NCBI GenBank assembly: GCA_041662745.1
Contig: JBAZRV010000003.1
Coordinates: 30,001-62,000, forward strand
Reading direction: 5' to 3'
DNA: 32,000 bases
Source: Patescibacteria group bacterium
GTDB lineage: Bacteria; Patescibacteriota; Patescibacteriia; 2-01-FULL-39-33
The notes beneath the pieces were generated by a model. It saw only the letters and a program-made list of their open reading frames with translations. It had not been told where the DNA came from and did no database searches. Below, one piece after another: positions 15,193-24,167 of the stretch. The translations under genes and the position numbers were made by a program. The first letter of the stretch is position 1. The number at the start of each line of letters is the position of its first letter.

Positions 15193-15447
15193 ATGCATGA
15201 TTTTCATTTGTCTGATACGATCTACAAAGCGATCATCGAGGAAGCCGAAAAAAACAAGTTAAAAAAAATCACCAAAGCGGTGATTGAGCTGGGGAGCATC
15301 GTAGAGCATGGCGAAGAAGTTTTGCCGGCTAATTTGGATTTTAATATTAAGCTGTTAGCTAAAGGCGGCCCGGCCGAAGGATTAGAGCTTGCGATTACTA
15401 AGGCGGTCGGCGGGAATTGGATATTGAAAGAAATTGCCGGGGAATAA
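15193..15447 (+). CDS. hypA: HypA-like nickel metallochaperone lacking the zinc-ribbon domain
   Basis: The N-terminal MHDFHL corresponds to the MHE Ni-binding motif. (I)ELGSI and AEGLEL align with E. coli HypA as recalled. The protein is only 84 aa and contains no Cys at all. Confidence 0.65.
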   Translation: MHDFHLSDTIYKAIIEEAEKNKLKKITKAVIELGSIVEHGEEVLPANLDFNIKLLAKGGPAEGLELAITKAVGGNWILKEIAGE

Positions 15448-15494
15448 AAAACGGCCGGCGGTAAACCGCGGGCCGGTCAAGGTTCATTGAAATT

Positions 15495-15833
15495 TTAAGT
15501 TTTGGATTTCAGAACAACGAAATAGCCGATAGTTGCTCCGTAGATACCGCTATTATCAGCTGCCACGGATACAAGTTCCAGTTCCGGGTGCGTCTTGATA
15601 AACATTGATAGGGTATTGCCAAAGTTTGCTCTGTTATGACTAAAATAATAAACTCCGTTGCCGTAATCAATAATATCGGGAAAATTAGGTACAGCCAAAG
15701 AGTCCGCCGGCATTTCCATATTCGCTGTAGGAACTGATTTCACATTTGCCGGATCGGCCGGATCATTACCGCAACCGCTGGTAATGATAATCAAAACAAG
15801 AATAGCAACCGTTGCCATGATTTTGCGCATCAC
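15495..15833 (-). CDS. Hypothetical lipoprotein
   Basis: The signal peptide has a lipobox (LIIITSGC), and the SD AAGGAGA lies upstream on the minus strand. Confidence 0.75.
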   Translation of the reverse strand: MMRKIMATVAILVLIIITSGCGNDPADPANVKSVPTANMEMPADSLAVPNFPDIIDYGNGVYYFSHNRANFGNTLSMFIKTHPELELVSVAADNSGIYGATIGYFVVLKSKT

Positions 15834-15856
15834 TGTTCTCCTTTTCGTTTGTGGCT

Positions 15857-16525
15857 TTACTTAATAAATCTCTGATTTCTGATTTCTGTCCCAGTAATCG
15901 GCAAAGTGTCAGTCTTGATTTGCAAACTGAAATTGACTCGCATCCTGCTCATTCCTCGTTCTTCCCACCATTCCCACAAATCTTGATACTGTCGGTTTTC
16001 GGCCGCGCAGACGATCGGCAGAAATATTTTTTTGTTGCGGATCATGTGAGCGATGCCGTAATCGGGCCAACTCAGCCACCAAGCGTCTTCAGCGTCAATT
16101 TCCGTGCCACAGAAATAATCGGCTAATATTTGCGCTTGTTGCTTGATGATTTCTTCTTGCTGCAGTTTGGCTTCCCACTGTTGGAGCAGGTAACGCTCAC
16201 CGCCCGGAGAAAAGGCAATCACCAGCAGTAGCAACGGTACCATTATGGCCATTATTACAAATCTGCCTTTTTCTCCGCAGGCCAAGCCGGTTACTACCAA
16301 AACAAATCCAGTTATAGCTAGATATATAAAACTGGCATGAGAATTTTCAAAAGCAGTGGTTGCAAACATCATAGAAGTAAGAAATACTGCAAAGACAAGA
16401 AGAAACAGCCAGAGCAGTTTACCTCTTCTGGTTCCAAACTTTCTTGTTGCGATTGATGAACTAACCAAAAGCGCTACCATGGCGATATTAAAAAATAACC
16501 AATCAGTTCCGGTTTCCGGAGTCAT
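15857..16525 (-). CDS. Hypothetical integral membrane protein of 222 aa
   Basis: It has 5-6 TM helices followed by a soluble Trp-rich C-terminal domain. I place the start at MTPETG because AAGGAGA lies 5 nt upstream; the track's 16615 start has no SD. Confidence 0.65.
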   Translation of the reverse strand: MTPETGTDWLFFNIAMVALLVSSSIATRKFGTRRGKLLWLFLLVFAVFLTSMMFATTAFENSHASFIYLAITGFVLVVTGLACGEKGRFVIMAIMVPLLLLVIAFSPGGERYLLQQWEAKLQQEEIIKQQAQILADYFCGTEIDAEDAWWLSWPDYGIAHMIRNKKIFLPIVCAAENRQYQDLWEWWEERGMSRMRVNFSLQIKTDTLPITGTEIRNQRFIK

Positions 16526-16699
16526 CGCATTCTCCTTTTGGCTTACAGCCTCTTGTTGCTTGGTGAATCCTTTGTGAAAATGTAAAAGTGCTTGAAATAC
16601 CCTTAACCATATCATACATTTTTACTTTTGTCAAGTAAATTATCTACAAACATAAAAGTACCTAAAATAATATAAAATTAAGCATAAATAGTTCTTATT

Positions 16700-17920
16700 A
16701 TGAAAATAAAATCCATCCGGCAAGTAAAGAATCTAAAAGGCAAGAAAGCGCTGATGCGCGTTGATTTTAATGTGCCGTTGGTTAGCGGACGGGTTGGTAA
16801 AAGCGAAGATTTTCGCTTGGTTCGTACGGCGCCGACTATCCGATACCTGATTAAAAAAGGCGCTAAGGTAATTATTATGGCGCATTTGGGTCGGCCGGAT
16901 GGCAAGGTTAATCCTGAATTCAGTTTAAAACCGGTGGCCAAAAGATTGTCGCAAATAATCGAGCAGCCGGTCAAGCTGTCGCCGCAAATTATCGGCGCCC
17001 AAACCGATAAATTAATCGGTCAAATGAAAAACGGCGAGGTGTTGCTGTTGGAGAATGTCAGGTTTGATGCGCGAGAGGAATTAGCGGATAAGAACTTTGC
17101 CAGAGAATTGGCCAAGCTCGGTGACCTGTATGTCAACGATGGTTTTGCGGTGTCGCATCGCGATCAGGCCTCAGTCTCAACGATTCAGCAGTTTTTGCCG
17201 TCTTACGCCGGCTTACTGATGGAAGAGGAAATAAAATATCTGTCGCGGGCGCTTGAAAATCCCCGACAGCCGTTAGTGGTGATTATCGGCGGCGCCAAGA
17301 TTTCTACCAAGATCAAGGTGATCAGGAATTTCGCCAAGTTGGCGAAACGGATTTTGCTGGGAGGAGCCTTGGCTAACACGGTATTGAAAGTCATGGGCGT
17401 TTCCGTCGGCCGATCAGCGATTGAGCCGGTAATGTTTCCCGAGGTTAAGAAATTTAAGCTGACCGATAATTTGATCGCCGTGCCGGTTGACGGCGTGATG
17501 GCGTTAAAGACCGATGCTAAAAAAGGCAGAATTGACGCTTTGGCTGATATCAAGCCGAATGAGTTAATTTTGGATATCGGGCCGGATACGGTAAGACTGT
17601 ATGAAAATATTTTAAAATCAGCTAAAATGGTTATGTGGAACGGGCCGATGGGTTTGATAGAAAATCCGACCTTTGCTCAAGGCACTAAAAAACTGGTAAA
17701 GATTTTAGCCGACTCCAAGGCCGAAACGATCGTCGGCGGGGGAGAAACCGTGCAGCTGATCAGAAAGATGAAATTAGAAAATAAATTCAGCTTCATCTCT
17801 ACCGGCGGGGGAGCGATGTTGGAGTTTTTGGAAGGCAAGAAGCTGCCGGGGCTGAAGAAAATAATAAAAAGATTGCCGCGGTCGGATGATTACAGCCTCC
17901 CTCGCAATGACGAATTATAA
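16700..17920 (+). CDS. pgk: Phosphoglycerate kinase
   Basis: The motifs RVDFNVPL, HLGRP, GGAKISTKI and STGGGA are present. There is a C-terminal tail of about 18 aa beyond LPGL. Confidence 0.95.
   Translation: MKIKSIRQVKNLKGKKALMRVDFNVPLVSGRVGKSEDFRLVRTAPTIRYLIKKGAKVIIMAHLGRPDGKVNPEFSLKPVAKRLSQIIEQPVKLSPQIIGAQTDKLIGQMKNGEVLLLENVRFDAREELADKNFARELAKLGDLYVNDGFAVSHRDQASVSTIQQFLPSYAGLLMEEEIKYLSRALENPRQPLVVIIGGAKISTKIKVIRNFAKLAKRILLGGALANTVLKVMGVSVGRSAIEPVMFPEVKKFKLTDNLIAVPVDGVMALKTDAKKGRIDALADIKPNELILDIGPDTVRLYENILKSAKMVMWNGPMGLIENPTFAQGTKKLVKILADSKAETIVGGGETVQLIRKMKLENKFSFISTGGGAMLEFLEGKKLPGLKKIIKRLPRSDDYSLPRNDEL
17901..17914. repeat. Orphan half-unit of the palindromic repeat family inside the pgk 3' end
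   Basis: ctcgcaatgacgaa is identical to 30267-30280. It encodes the final residues, ..PRNDE, of the pgk tail. Confidence 0.6.
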
Positions 17921-17922
17921 AT

Positions 17923-17964
17923 ATTGCATATTACTTATTACGTATTACTTATTACTTATTATTA
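17923..17964. repeat. Heptamer tandem array, (ATTACTT)-like, 6 units
   Basis: The units read attgcat|attactt|attacgt|attactt|attactt|attatta. Confidence 0.8.
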
Positions 17965-17974
17965 ACTTAAAAAT

Positions 17975-18778
17975 ATGGAAGAACAAAAACCTCGTTTTAG
18001 CCATGATGGTATGGGCGGATGCAAATACCATTATGTAAAACACATTATTTTCGGCATTTTGGCCCTAGTTTTGATCGTTTATGTCGGCGTCTTGACGCGC
18101 AATGCTTGGCGCACTTACGATTATATCGGCAAATCGCCGGATATGATCAATCAAATCACAGTAACCGGCACAGCCAAGGTTAGCGTTACGCCCGATGTCG
18201 CCGTGCTTTATCTGGGCATTATCAATGAGGGCGCAACAGTCAATTTGGCGCAAAAAGGCATGACCGAAAAAATGAACGCGATTGTTGATTCGCTCAAGAA
18301 AGAATTCAAAATTGACGCCAAAGATATCAAGACCGAAAATTACAGCGTTAATCCCAAATATGATTGGACTGACGGCAGACAGCGAATAATCGGTTATATG
18401 GCAAACCAGAGCGTTACCGTTAAAGTCAGGGATTTTGACAAAACCGGCGATATTCTGGCCAAGGCCACGGAACTCGGCGCCAACACTGTTTCCGGACCGA
18501 CTTTTTCCATTGATGATCCGGAAAAAGCCAAAGCCGAAGCGCGGGAGAAGGCTATCGCTCAGGCCAAAGAAAAGGCGAAAGTATTGGCAGATCAGGTTGG
18601 CATTAAATTGGGACGGATTGTGAATTTTTATGAGGGTGGCAACGAAATGCCTAATGTAGCTTATGGTATGGGCGGAGCCATGGATTCAGCTTTGTCGGTT
18701 AAAGCGGTGGCGCCAACCATTGAACCGGGTACTCAAGATGTGCAATTAACTGTCAGTATTAGTTACGAAATAAAATAG
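17975..18778 (+). CDS. SIMPL-domain (DUF541) membrane-anchored protein
   Basis: It has an N-terminal TM helix and the SIMPL pattern (NYSVNPKYDW...GYMANQSVTVKV...AKAEAREKAIAQAKEKA). Confidence 0.85.
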   Translation: MEEQKPRFSHDGMGGCKYHYVKHIIFGILALVLIVYVGVLTRNAWRTYDYIGKSPDMINQITVTGTAKVSVTPDVAVLYLGIINEGATVNLAQKGMTEKMNAIVDSLKKEFKIDAKDIKTENYSVNPKYDWTDGRQRIIGYMANQSVTVKVRDFDKTGDILAKATELGANTVSGPTFSIDDPEKAKAEAREKAIAQAKEKAKVLADQVGIKLGRIVNFYEGGNEMPNVAYGMGGAMDSALSVKAVAPTIEPGTQDVQLTVSISYEIK

Positions 18779-18807
18779 TTGTTATTGATTATTCCTTATG
18801 TTAAAAT

Positions 18808-18837
18808 AGAGGCGGCGTTAAACCGCCTCTTTAAATT
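18808..18837 (+). terminator. Terminator hairpin
   Basis: Stem agaggcgg (18808-18815) pairs with ccgcctct (18823-18830), followed by TTAAATT, which is a weak U-tract. Confidence 0.6.
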
Positions 18838-18847
18838 AAAATCAATT

Positions 18848-19489
18848 ATGGAAAATTTAGCTGATAAAGTCCGTGATATTATGATCGAAAAGCTGTCTAT
18901 TAATAAAGGCAGTCATGATTTTGATCATACCGAAAGAGTTCATAATTTAGCTGTTCACTTGGCTAAAGCTGAGGGCGCTGATTTGGAAATTATTGAGTTG
19001 GCCGCTTGGTTGCATGATATTGCCAGAAAAGAAGAAGACGACAGCAATGGCGCGATTAATCATGCCTTAAAAGGCGCCGAGATTGCCCGAGAGGTTCTGC
19101 TGGATTTGGAAGTATCGGAAGATAAAATTAATCGCGTTTGCGAATGTATTGCTCGGCATCGGTTTCGAGACAATAATACCCCGGAAACGTTAGAAGAAAA
19201 AATTATTTTTGATGCTGACAAGCTGGATTCGATTGGCGCAGTCGGGCTAGGGCGGGCTTATTTGTTTGCTGGCGAAGTCGGCGCTCGCATGCATGATCCC
19301 AATGTGGATATTGAAAAGACCGCTGAATACACCAAAGAAGACACTGCTTATCGCGAATTTTTGGTTAAGTTATCTAAAATCAAGGATAAGATTCAAACCG
19401 ATGAAGGCAAGAGGCTGGCCGAGCATCGCCATAAATTTATGGCTGAATTTTTTGAAGAAATGAACGCCGAAGTTGCCGGTGAGCGGTAG
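18848..19489 (+). CDS. HD-domain phosphohydrolase
   Basis: HDFDHTERV...WLHDIAR supplies the H...HD...D residues. I start the gene at MENLADK, downstream of the terminator; the track's 18779 start spans that terminator. Confidence 0.85.
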   Translation: MENLADKVRDIMIEKLSINKGSHDFDHTERVHNLAVHLAKAEGADLEIIELAAWLHDIARKEEDDSNGAINHALKGAEIAREVLLDLEVSEDKINRVCECIARHRFRDNNTPETLEEKIIFDADKLDSIGAVGLGRAYLFAGEVGARMHDPNVDIEKTAEYTKEDTAYREFLVKLSKIKDKIQTDEGKRLAEHRHKFMAEFFEEMNAEVAGER

Positions 19490-19531
19490 TTGCGGTATAA
19501 TTTAAGTATAAAAAATAATAAAAATATAATT

Positions 19532-20791
19532 ATGGCAAAAATAAAATCGATCAAAGCGCGAGAGATTTTGGATTCCCGCGGCAATCCGACCGTGGAAGTG
19601 GAAGCGCTTCTTGATAACGGCAAAAAGGCCTGGGCCGGAGTACCCTCCGGAGCCTCTACGGGCTCGCGTGAGGCCTTGGAACTTCGGGATGGCGATAAAC
19701 GGCGGTATGGCGGATTGGGCGTGCTGAAGGCCGTAAAAAACGTCAACACTATTATCGCGCCGAGATTAATAAGTTTGGATCCGACTAAACAGCAAGAAAT
19801 TGACGAATTAATGCTTAAACTTGACGGCACGGAGAATAAATCCAAACTCGGCGCTAACGCCATCTTGGGCGTTTCTATGGCCGTGGCTCGCGTGGCCGCT
19901 TTTTCTCAGAGTCAGCCGCTTTACGCTTATCTTCATAAAAAATATTGGAACGGCGGTAAAATGTCTTTCCCCGTACCGATGATGAATATTATGAATGGCG
20001 GGGCGCACGCCGGCTGGTCAATTGATATTCAGGAGTTCATGGTGATGCCGCAACAAAAAAACATCAAAGAGGCAATCCGTTGCGGCGCCGAGATTTTTCA
20101 TGCGCTTAAGAAACTTTTAGCCAAAGCCGGTTATCCGGTTACGGTCGGCGATGAAGGCGGTTACGCTCCCCAACTGAACGGCAACGAAAAGGCCCTGGGG
20201 CTGATTGTCTCAGCCATCGGTGAAGCCGGTTATAAGCCGGGCAAAGACGTAAGATTGGCCATTGATTCTGCCGCCTCGGAATTTTTTGATGAGAAGAATA
20301 AATATTATGACATGAAGGCGGACAAGAGGGTTAGGACTGCAAAGGACATGATTAAGATGTATGGCGAATGGGTTAAAAAATATCCGATTGAATTATTGGA
20401 AGACGGTTTGGCTGAGGGAGACTGGTCGGGTTGGGCGGATTTAACCAAGGCGCTGGGCAAAAAAATTGCGCTGGTCGGCGATGATTTGTTTGTGACCAAT
20501 CCTAAAATCATCAAAGAGGGGATTGAGAAAAAAGTCGCTAACGCCATCCTGATCAAATTGAATCAGATCGGCACCTTAACGGAAACAGTGGAAGCGATGA
20601 AGTTGGCGCAGAAAAATAACTACCAATTGGCGGTCAGCCATCGTAGCGGAGAAACTCCCGATGATTTTATTGCCGATCTGGCCGTCGCTTCCGGCGCTGA
20701 ATATATCAAAACCGGCTCGTTAAGCCGAGGCGAAAGAGTCGCCAAGTATAATCGTTTAATGGAGATTTGGGAAGAGTTGGGTAAGAAATAA
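19532..20791 (+). CDS. eno: Enolase
   Basis: The protein begins MAKIKSIKAREILDSRGNPTVEVE and carries SHRSGETPD and IKTGSLSRGERVAKYN. Confidence 0.96.
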   Translation: MAKIKSIKAREILDSRGNPTVEVEALLDNGKKAWAGVPSGASTGSREALELRDGDKRRYGGLGVLKAVKNVNTIIAPRLISLDPTKQQEIDELMLKLDGTENKSKLGANAILGVSMAVARVAAFSQSQPLYAYLHKKYWNGGKMSFPVPMMNIMNGGAHAGWSIDIQEFMVMPQQKNIKEAIRCGAEIFHALKKLLAKAGYPVTVGDEGGYAPQLNGNEKALGLIVSAIGEAGYKPGKDVRLAIDSAASEFFDEKNKYYDMKADKRVRTAKDMIKMYGEWVKKYPIELLEDGLAEGDWSGWADLTKALGKKIALVGDDLFVTNPKIIKEGIEKKVANAILIKLNQIGTLTETVEAMKLAQKNNYQLAVSHRSGETPDDFIADLAVASGAEYIKTGSLSRGERVAKYNRLMEIWEELGKK

Positions 20792-20816
20792 TAGGAATAA
20801 GCGGCAAGAAATAAGC

Positions 20817-20850
20817 AAAAGGAAAGGCGGTCATACCCCTTTCCTTTTTT
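20817..20850 (+). terminator. Rho-independent terminator
   Basis: Stem ggaaagg (20821-20827) pairs with cctttcc (20838-20844), followed by TTTTTT. Confidence 0.8.
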
Positions 20851-20860
20851 AGAATAATTA

Positions 20861-20869
20861 TGTTATAAT
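20861..20869 (+). promoter_or_regulatory. Extended -10 element TGTTATAAT
   Basis: This is an exact TGnTATAAT, 76 nt upstream of the gpmI-1 ATG. Confidence 0.5.
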
Positions 20870-20945
20870 ATAGGAGTAATTGCTTACTTCGTTAATTATC
20901 GCTGATTGCTCGCCGTATTTTATTTATTATCATTATCGCCGTAAA

Positions 20946-22535
20946 ATGCCAGCAAAATCTAAGAAAAAAATTAAGAAATCCCCCAAAACAAAACTTGCCG
21001 GAAAAGTCGTCTTGCTTATATTGGACGGTTGGGGGATCGGGAGGGAAGACGGTTCTAATCCGATTTTTTTGGCTAAGCCGAAGTTTATTAATTCTTTGTA
21101 CAAGAAATATCCTTGGACGAAATTATGCGCCTCCGGGCCTTGCGCCGGATTGCCGCCGGATCAGGTGGGCAACTCTGAAGCCGGACATATTAATTTGGGC
21201 GCCGGACGGATTGTTGATCAAGACGTAGTCAAGATTTCCAAATGCATCACCACCGGCGAATTTTTTAAAAATCCGGCCTTTTTGGCGGCCGTAAATCACG
21301 CCAAAAGTAATAAAAGCGCTTTGCATTTGATGGGTCTGCTGTCTAACGGCCAGAGTCCGCACAGCGATCCCGATCATCTCCTGGCTCTTTTGACTTTAGC
21401 GCGCCAATGCGGATTGAAAAAAATTTACCTGCATTTGTTTACCGACGGCCGCGATTCACCGCCGATGTCAGCCCTAAAATCCATTATGGCCTTGGAGCGT
21501 TCGCTTAAGCCCAATGAGATTATCGCCACGGTTATCGGCCGATTTTATGCCATGGATCGCAAGAAAGTTTGGACCAGAACCATTGCGGCTTATAATGCCA
21601 TGACCGATGGCCATGGCGCTCATTTTGCCGACAGTCCCCAGGCCGGCATCAACCGCGCTTACAATGCCAGCATATCCGATGAATTTATTGAGCCTATTGT
21701 CATACGGCAAAAGGGTAAGATGTTGCCGCGCATCAGCGACGATGACGCCATTATTTTCTTTAATTTGCGCAGTGATCGCGCCAGGCAAATGGCTAAGCCG
21801 TTCGTCCAGCATGAGTTTGAGGAGAAGAATCCCGGTTTTGTTAAACGCAAGCGGGTGCTTCATAATGTTTCTTTTGTGGCCATGACCGATTTCGGACCGG
21901 ATTTAGACAGTATCCTTACCGCTTATCCCTCGGAAGATTTGAAAAACACTCTGCCTATGGTGTTAAAGGGCAAAAATCAGATTTATATTGCCGAGAGCGA
22001 GAAATATGCCCATGTAACTTTCTTTTTTAACGGCGGTTATGCCGATCCGGTCGGCGGTGAAAAAAGAATCAATGTCCCTTCGCCTCATGTGGACAGGTAC
22101 GACAAAACGCCGGCCATGTCCACCAAGGAAATAACCAAGAAAATTATTGCTTCATTAAAAAAATACGATTTTATCTGCGCCAACATCGCTTGTCCGGATA
22201 TGATCGGCCACACCGGCAATATGGAGGCGGCGCAAGAAACAGTTAAGGCCGTAAATAAATACGTCAAACAAATCATCACTGCCGTATTAAAAAACCATGC
22301 CGTACTGCTTATTACCGCCGATCACGGCAATATAGAATATAAGTTAAATTTGGAAACGGGGGAAAGATTGACCGAACATACCACCAACCCCGTGCCGTTC
22401 ATTGTCATCGGCGGTGATTTCGGCAAATCGCTAAAACTGAAATGCGATGGCGTTCTGGGCAATGTTGCTCCGACCGTGATTAAACTGTTCGGTTTGAATA
22501 AACCCAAAGAAATGAGTAAGAATAGCTTGATTTAA
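20946..22535 (+). CDS. gpmI: 2,3-bisphosphoglycerate-independent phosphoglycerate mutase, copy 1
   Basis: The motifs LDGWG, GNSEAGH (catalytic Ser), FTDGRD, PDMIGHTG and TADHGN are present. There is a Lys-rich N-terminal extension, MPAKSKKKIKKSPKTK. Confidence 0.9.
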   Translation: MPAKSKKKIKKSPKTKLAGKVVLLILDGWGIGREDGSNPIFLAKPKFINSLYKKYPWTKLCASGPCAGLPPDQVGNSEAGHINLGAGRIVDQDVVKISKCITTGEFFKNPAFLAAVNHAKSNKSALHLMGLLSNGQSPHSDPDHLLALLTLARQCGLKKIYLHLFTDGRDSPPMSALKSIMALERSLKPNEIIATVIGRFYAMDRKKVWTRTIAAYNAMTDGHGAHFADSPQAGINRAYNASISDEFIEPIVIRQKGKMLPRISDDDAIIFFNLRSDRARQMAKPFVQHEFEEKNPGFVKRKRVLHNVSFVAMTDFGPDLDSILTAYPSEDLKNTLPMVLKGKNQIYIAESEKYAHVTFFFNGGYADPVGGEKRINVPSPHVDRYDKTPAMSTKEITKKIIASLKKYDFICANIACPDMIGHTGNMEAAQETVKAVNKYVKQIITAVLKNHAVLLITADHGNIEYKLNLETGERLTEHTTNPVPFIVIGGDFGKSLKLKCDGVLGNVAPTVIKLFGLNKPKEMSKNSLI

Positions 22536-22538
22536 ATT

Positions 22539-24131
22539 ATGACTGCCAATAAAAACAACCAGCTTAGACCGGTAGTATTGATGATTTTGGACGGTTGGGG
22601 AGCGGCGCCGCCGTCAAGATCCAATGCCATTACCCTGGCTAAAACTCCGGGAATAACGGGGCTGATAAAGACTTATCCGGCTTTGACTCTGCAGGCCTCG
22701 GGCGAAGCCGTGGGCTTGTCTTGGGGAGAAATCGGCAATTCCGAAGTCGGCCATCTTAATTTGGGTTCGGGCAAACTGGTTTATCAGAATTTGCCGCGCA
22801 TTAACAAATCAATTTCTGACGGTTCATTCTTTGAAAATGAGAAGTTTGTCAATGCCATCAAGCATGCTAAGAAGAATAAGGGCAAGATCCATTTATTGGG
22901 GCTTATTTCTTCGGGCGGCGTGCATAGCCACATTGATCATTTGTTCGCCTTACTGGAGCTGTGCCAAAAGGAGAAATTTCGCGAGGTATATATCCATGGT
23001 ATTTTAGACGGCCGCGATATGCCGTATAACTCGGGCATTGATTTTGTGGAAAAAATAAAAAGCAAGTCCGAGGAACTGTGCACGGGCCGCATCGCCTCCT
23101 TGTCCGGCCGGTTTTACGCCATGGATCGCGACAATCATTGGGAGCGTATCGTCTTGGCCTATAACGCCATGGTCAAGGGCGAAGCCGTGGAAAGGTTCAG
23201 TGATCCGAGCGAGGCGGTCAGCGCTTCTTACGACAAAAAGATTTATGACGAAGAATTCGTGCCGGTCGTGATTGAAGACGGCGGCAAACCGGTAGCTACG
23301 ATCGCCGCCGGTGACGCCGTGATATTTTTTAATTTCCGCGCCGATCGCGCCAGGGAAATTTCCAAGGCGTTCGTTTTGCCCGGCTTTGAAAAGTTTGAAC
23401 GGCAATATTTGAAAGATCTGTATTTCGTGGCCCTGACCGAGTATGAGAAAGATGTTCCGATGGAAATCGCTTTTCCTCCCGAGGCCATTGAAAACCCTCT
23501 GGCCAAGGTCATCGCCGATGCCGGCTTGACTCAATTGCATCTTGCAGAAACAGAAAAATACGCCCACGTCACTTTTTTCTTTAATGGCGGCACCGAGCAG
23601 GAATTTCCCGGCGAAGACAGGGTGTTAGTGCCGTCTCCTCGCGTGTCTTCCTATGCGGAAAAGCCGGAGATGTCGGCCAAAGAGGTGGCGCAAAAAACGA
23701 TTGACGCCATTATGGCTGATAAATATGATTTTATCGTGCTGAACTTCGCCAATTGCGACATGGTTGGCCATACCGGAGATTTGAAGGCTACGATTAAAGC
23801 CGTAGAGGTGGTGGACAGTTGTGTCAAAAAAATCACGGAAGTGATTTTGGCCAAGGGCGGAGCAGCCTTGATTACCGCCGATCATGGCAATGCCGAAGAG
23901 TTGATTAATTTGCAGTCAGGCGAGATTGATAAGGAGCATAGCACTTATCCGGTACCGCTTATTATCGTGGGCAAGGAGTGGGAAGGGAAGAATGCCGGTT
24001 TCCCGGAGGTGCCGGGCGGGGATTTGTCCTTAGTTCAGCCGGCCGGCTTGTTATCCGATGTGGCGCCGACAATCATTAAGATTATGGGGCTTAAACAGCC
24101 GGCGGAAATGACCGGCAAGTCGCTGATTTAA
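22539..24131 (+). CDS. gpmI: 2,3-bisphosphoglycerate-independent phosphoglycerate mutase, copy 2
   Basis: The motifs LDGWG, GNSEVGH, LDGRD, CDMVGHTG and TADHGN are present. Confidence 0.93.
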   Translation: MTANKNNQLRPVVLMILDGWGAAPPSRSNAITLAKTPGITGLIKTYPALTLQASGEAVGLSWGEIGNSEVGHLNLGSGKLVYQNLPRINKSISDGSFFENEKFVNAIKHAKKNKGKIHLLGLISSGGVHSHIDHLFALLELCQKEKFREVYIHGILDGRDMPYNSGIDFVEKIKSKSEELCTGRIASLSGRFYAMDRDNHWERIVLAYNAMVKGEAVERFSDPSEAVSASYDKKIYDEEFVPVVIEDGGKPVATIAAGDAVIFFNFRADRAREISKAFVLPGFEKFERQYLKDLYFVALTEYEKDVPMEIAFPPEAIENPLAKVIADAGLTQLHLAETEKYAHVTFFFNGGTEQEFPGEDRVLVPSPRVSSYAEKPEMSAKEVAQKTIDAIMADKYDFIVLNFANCDMVGHTGDLKATIKAVEVVDSCVKKITEVILAKGGAALITADHGNAEELINLQSGEIDKEHSTYPVPLIIVGKEWEGKNAGFPEVPGGDLSLVQPAGLLSDVAPTIIKIMGLKQPAEMTGKSLI

Positions 24132-24167
24132 TTTATATTTAATTTATAATTTTTAGTTAATCATATT

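Noticed and set aside
15448-15482. A GC-rich hairpin (cggccggcgg-taaa-ccgcgggccgg) after hypA as a confident bidirectional terminator.
   Set aside because: The stem is imperfect and needs bulges, and neither strand has a clear U-tract. It is plausible but not supportable enough to list as a feature.
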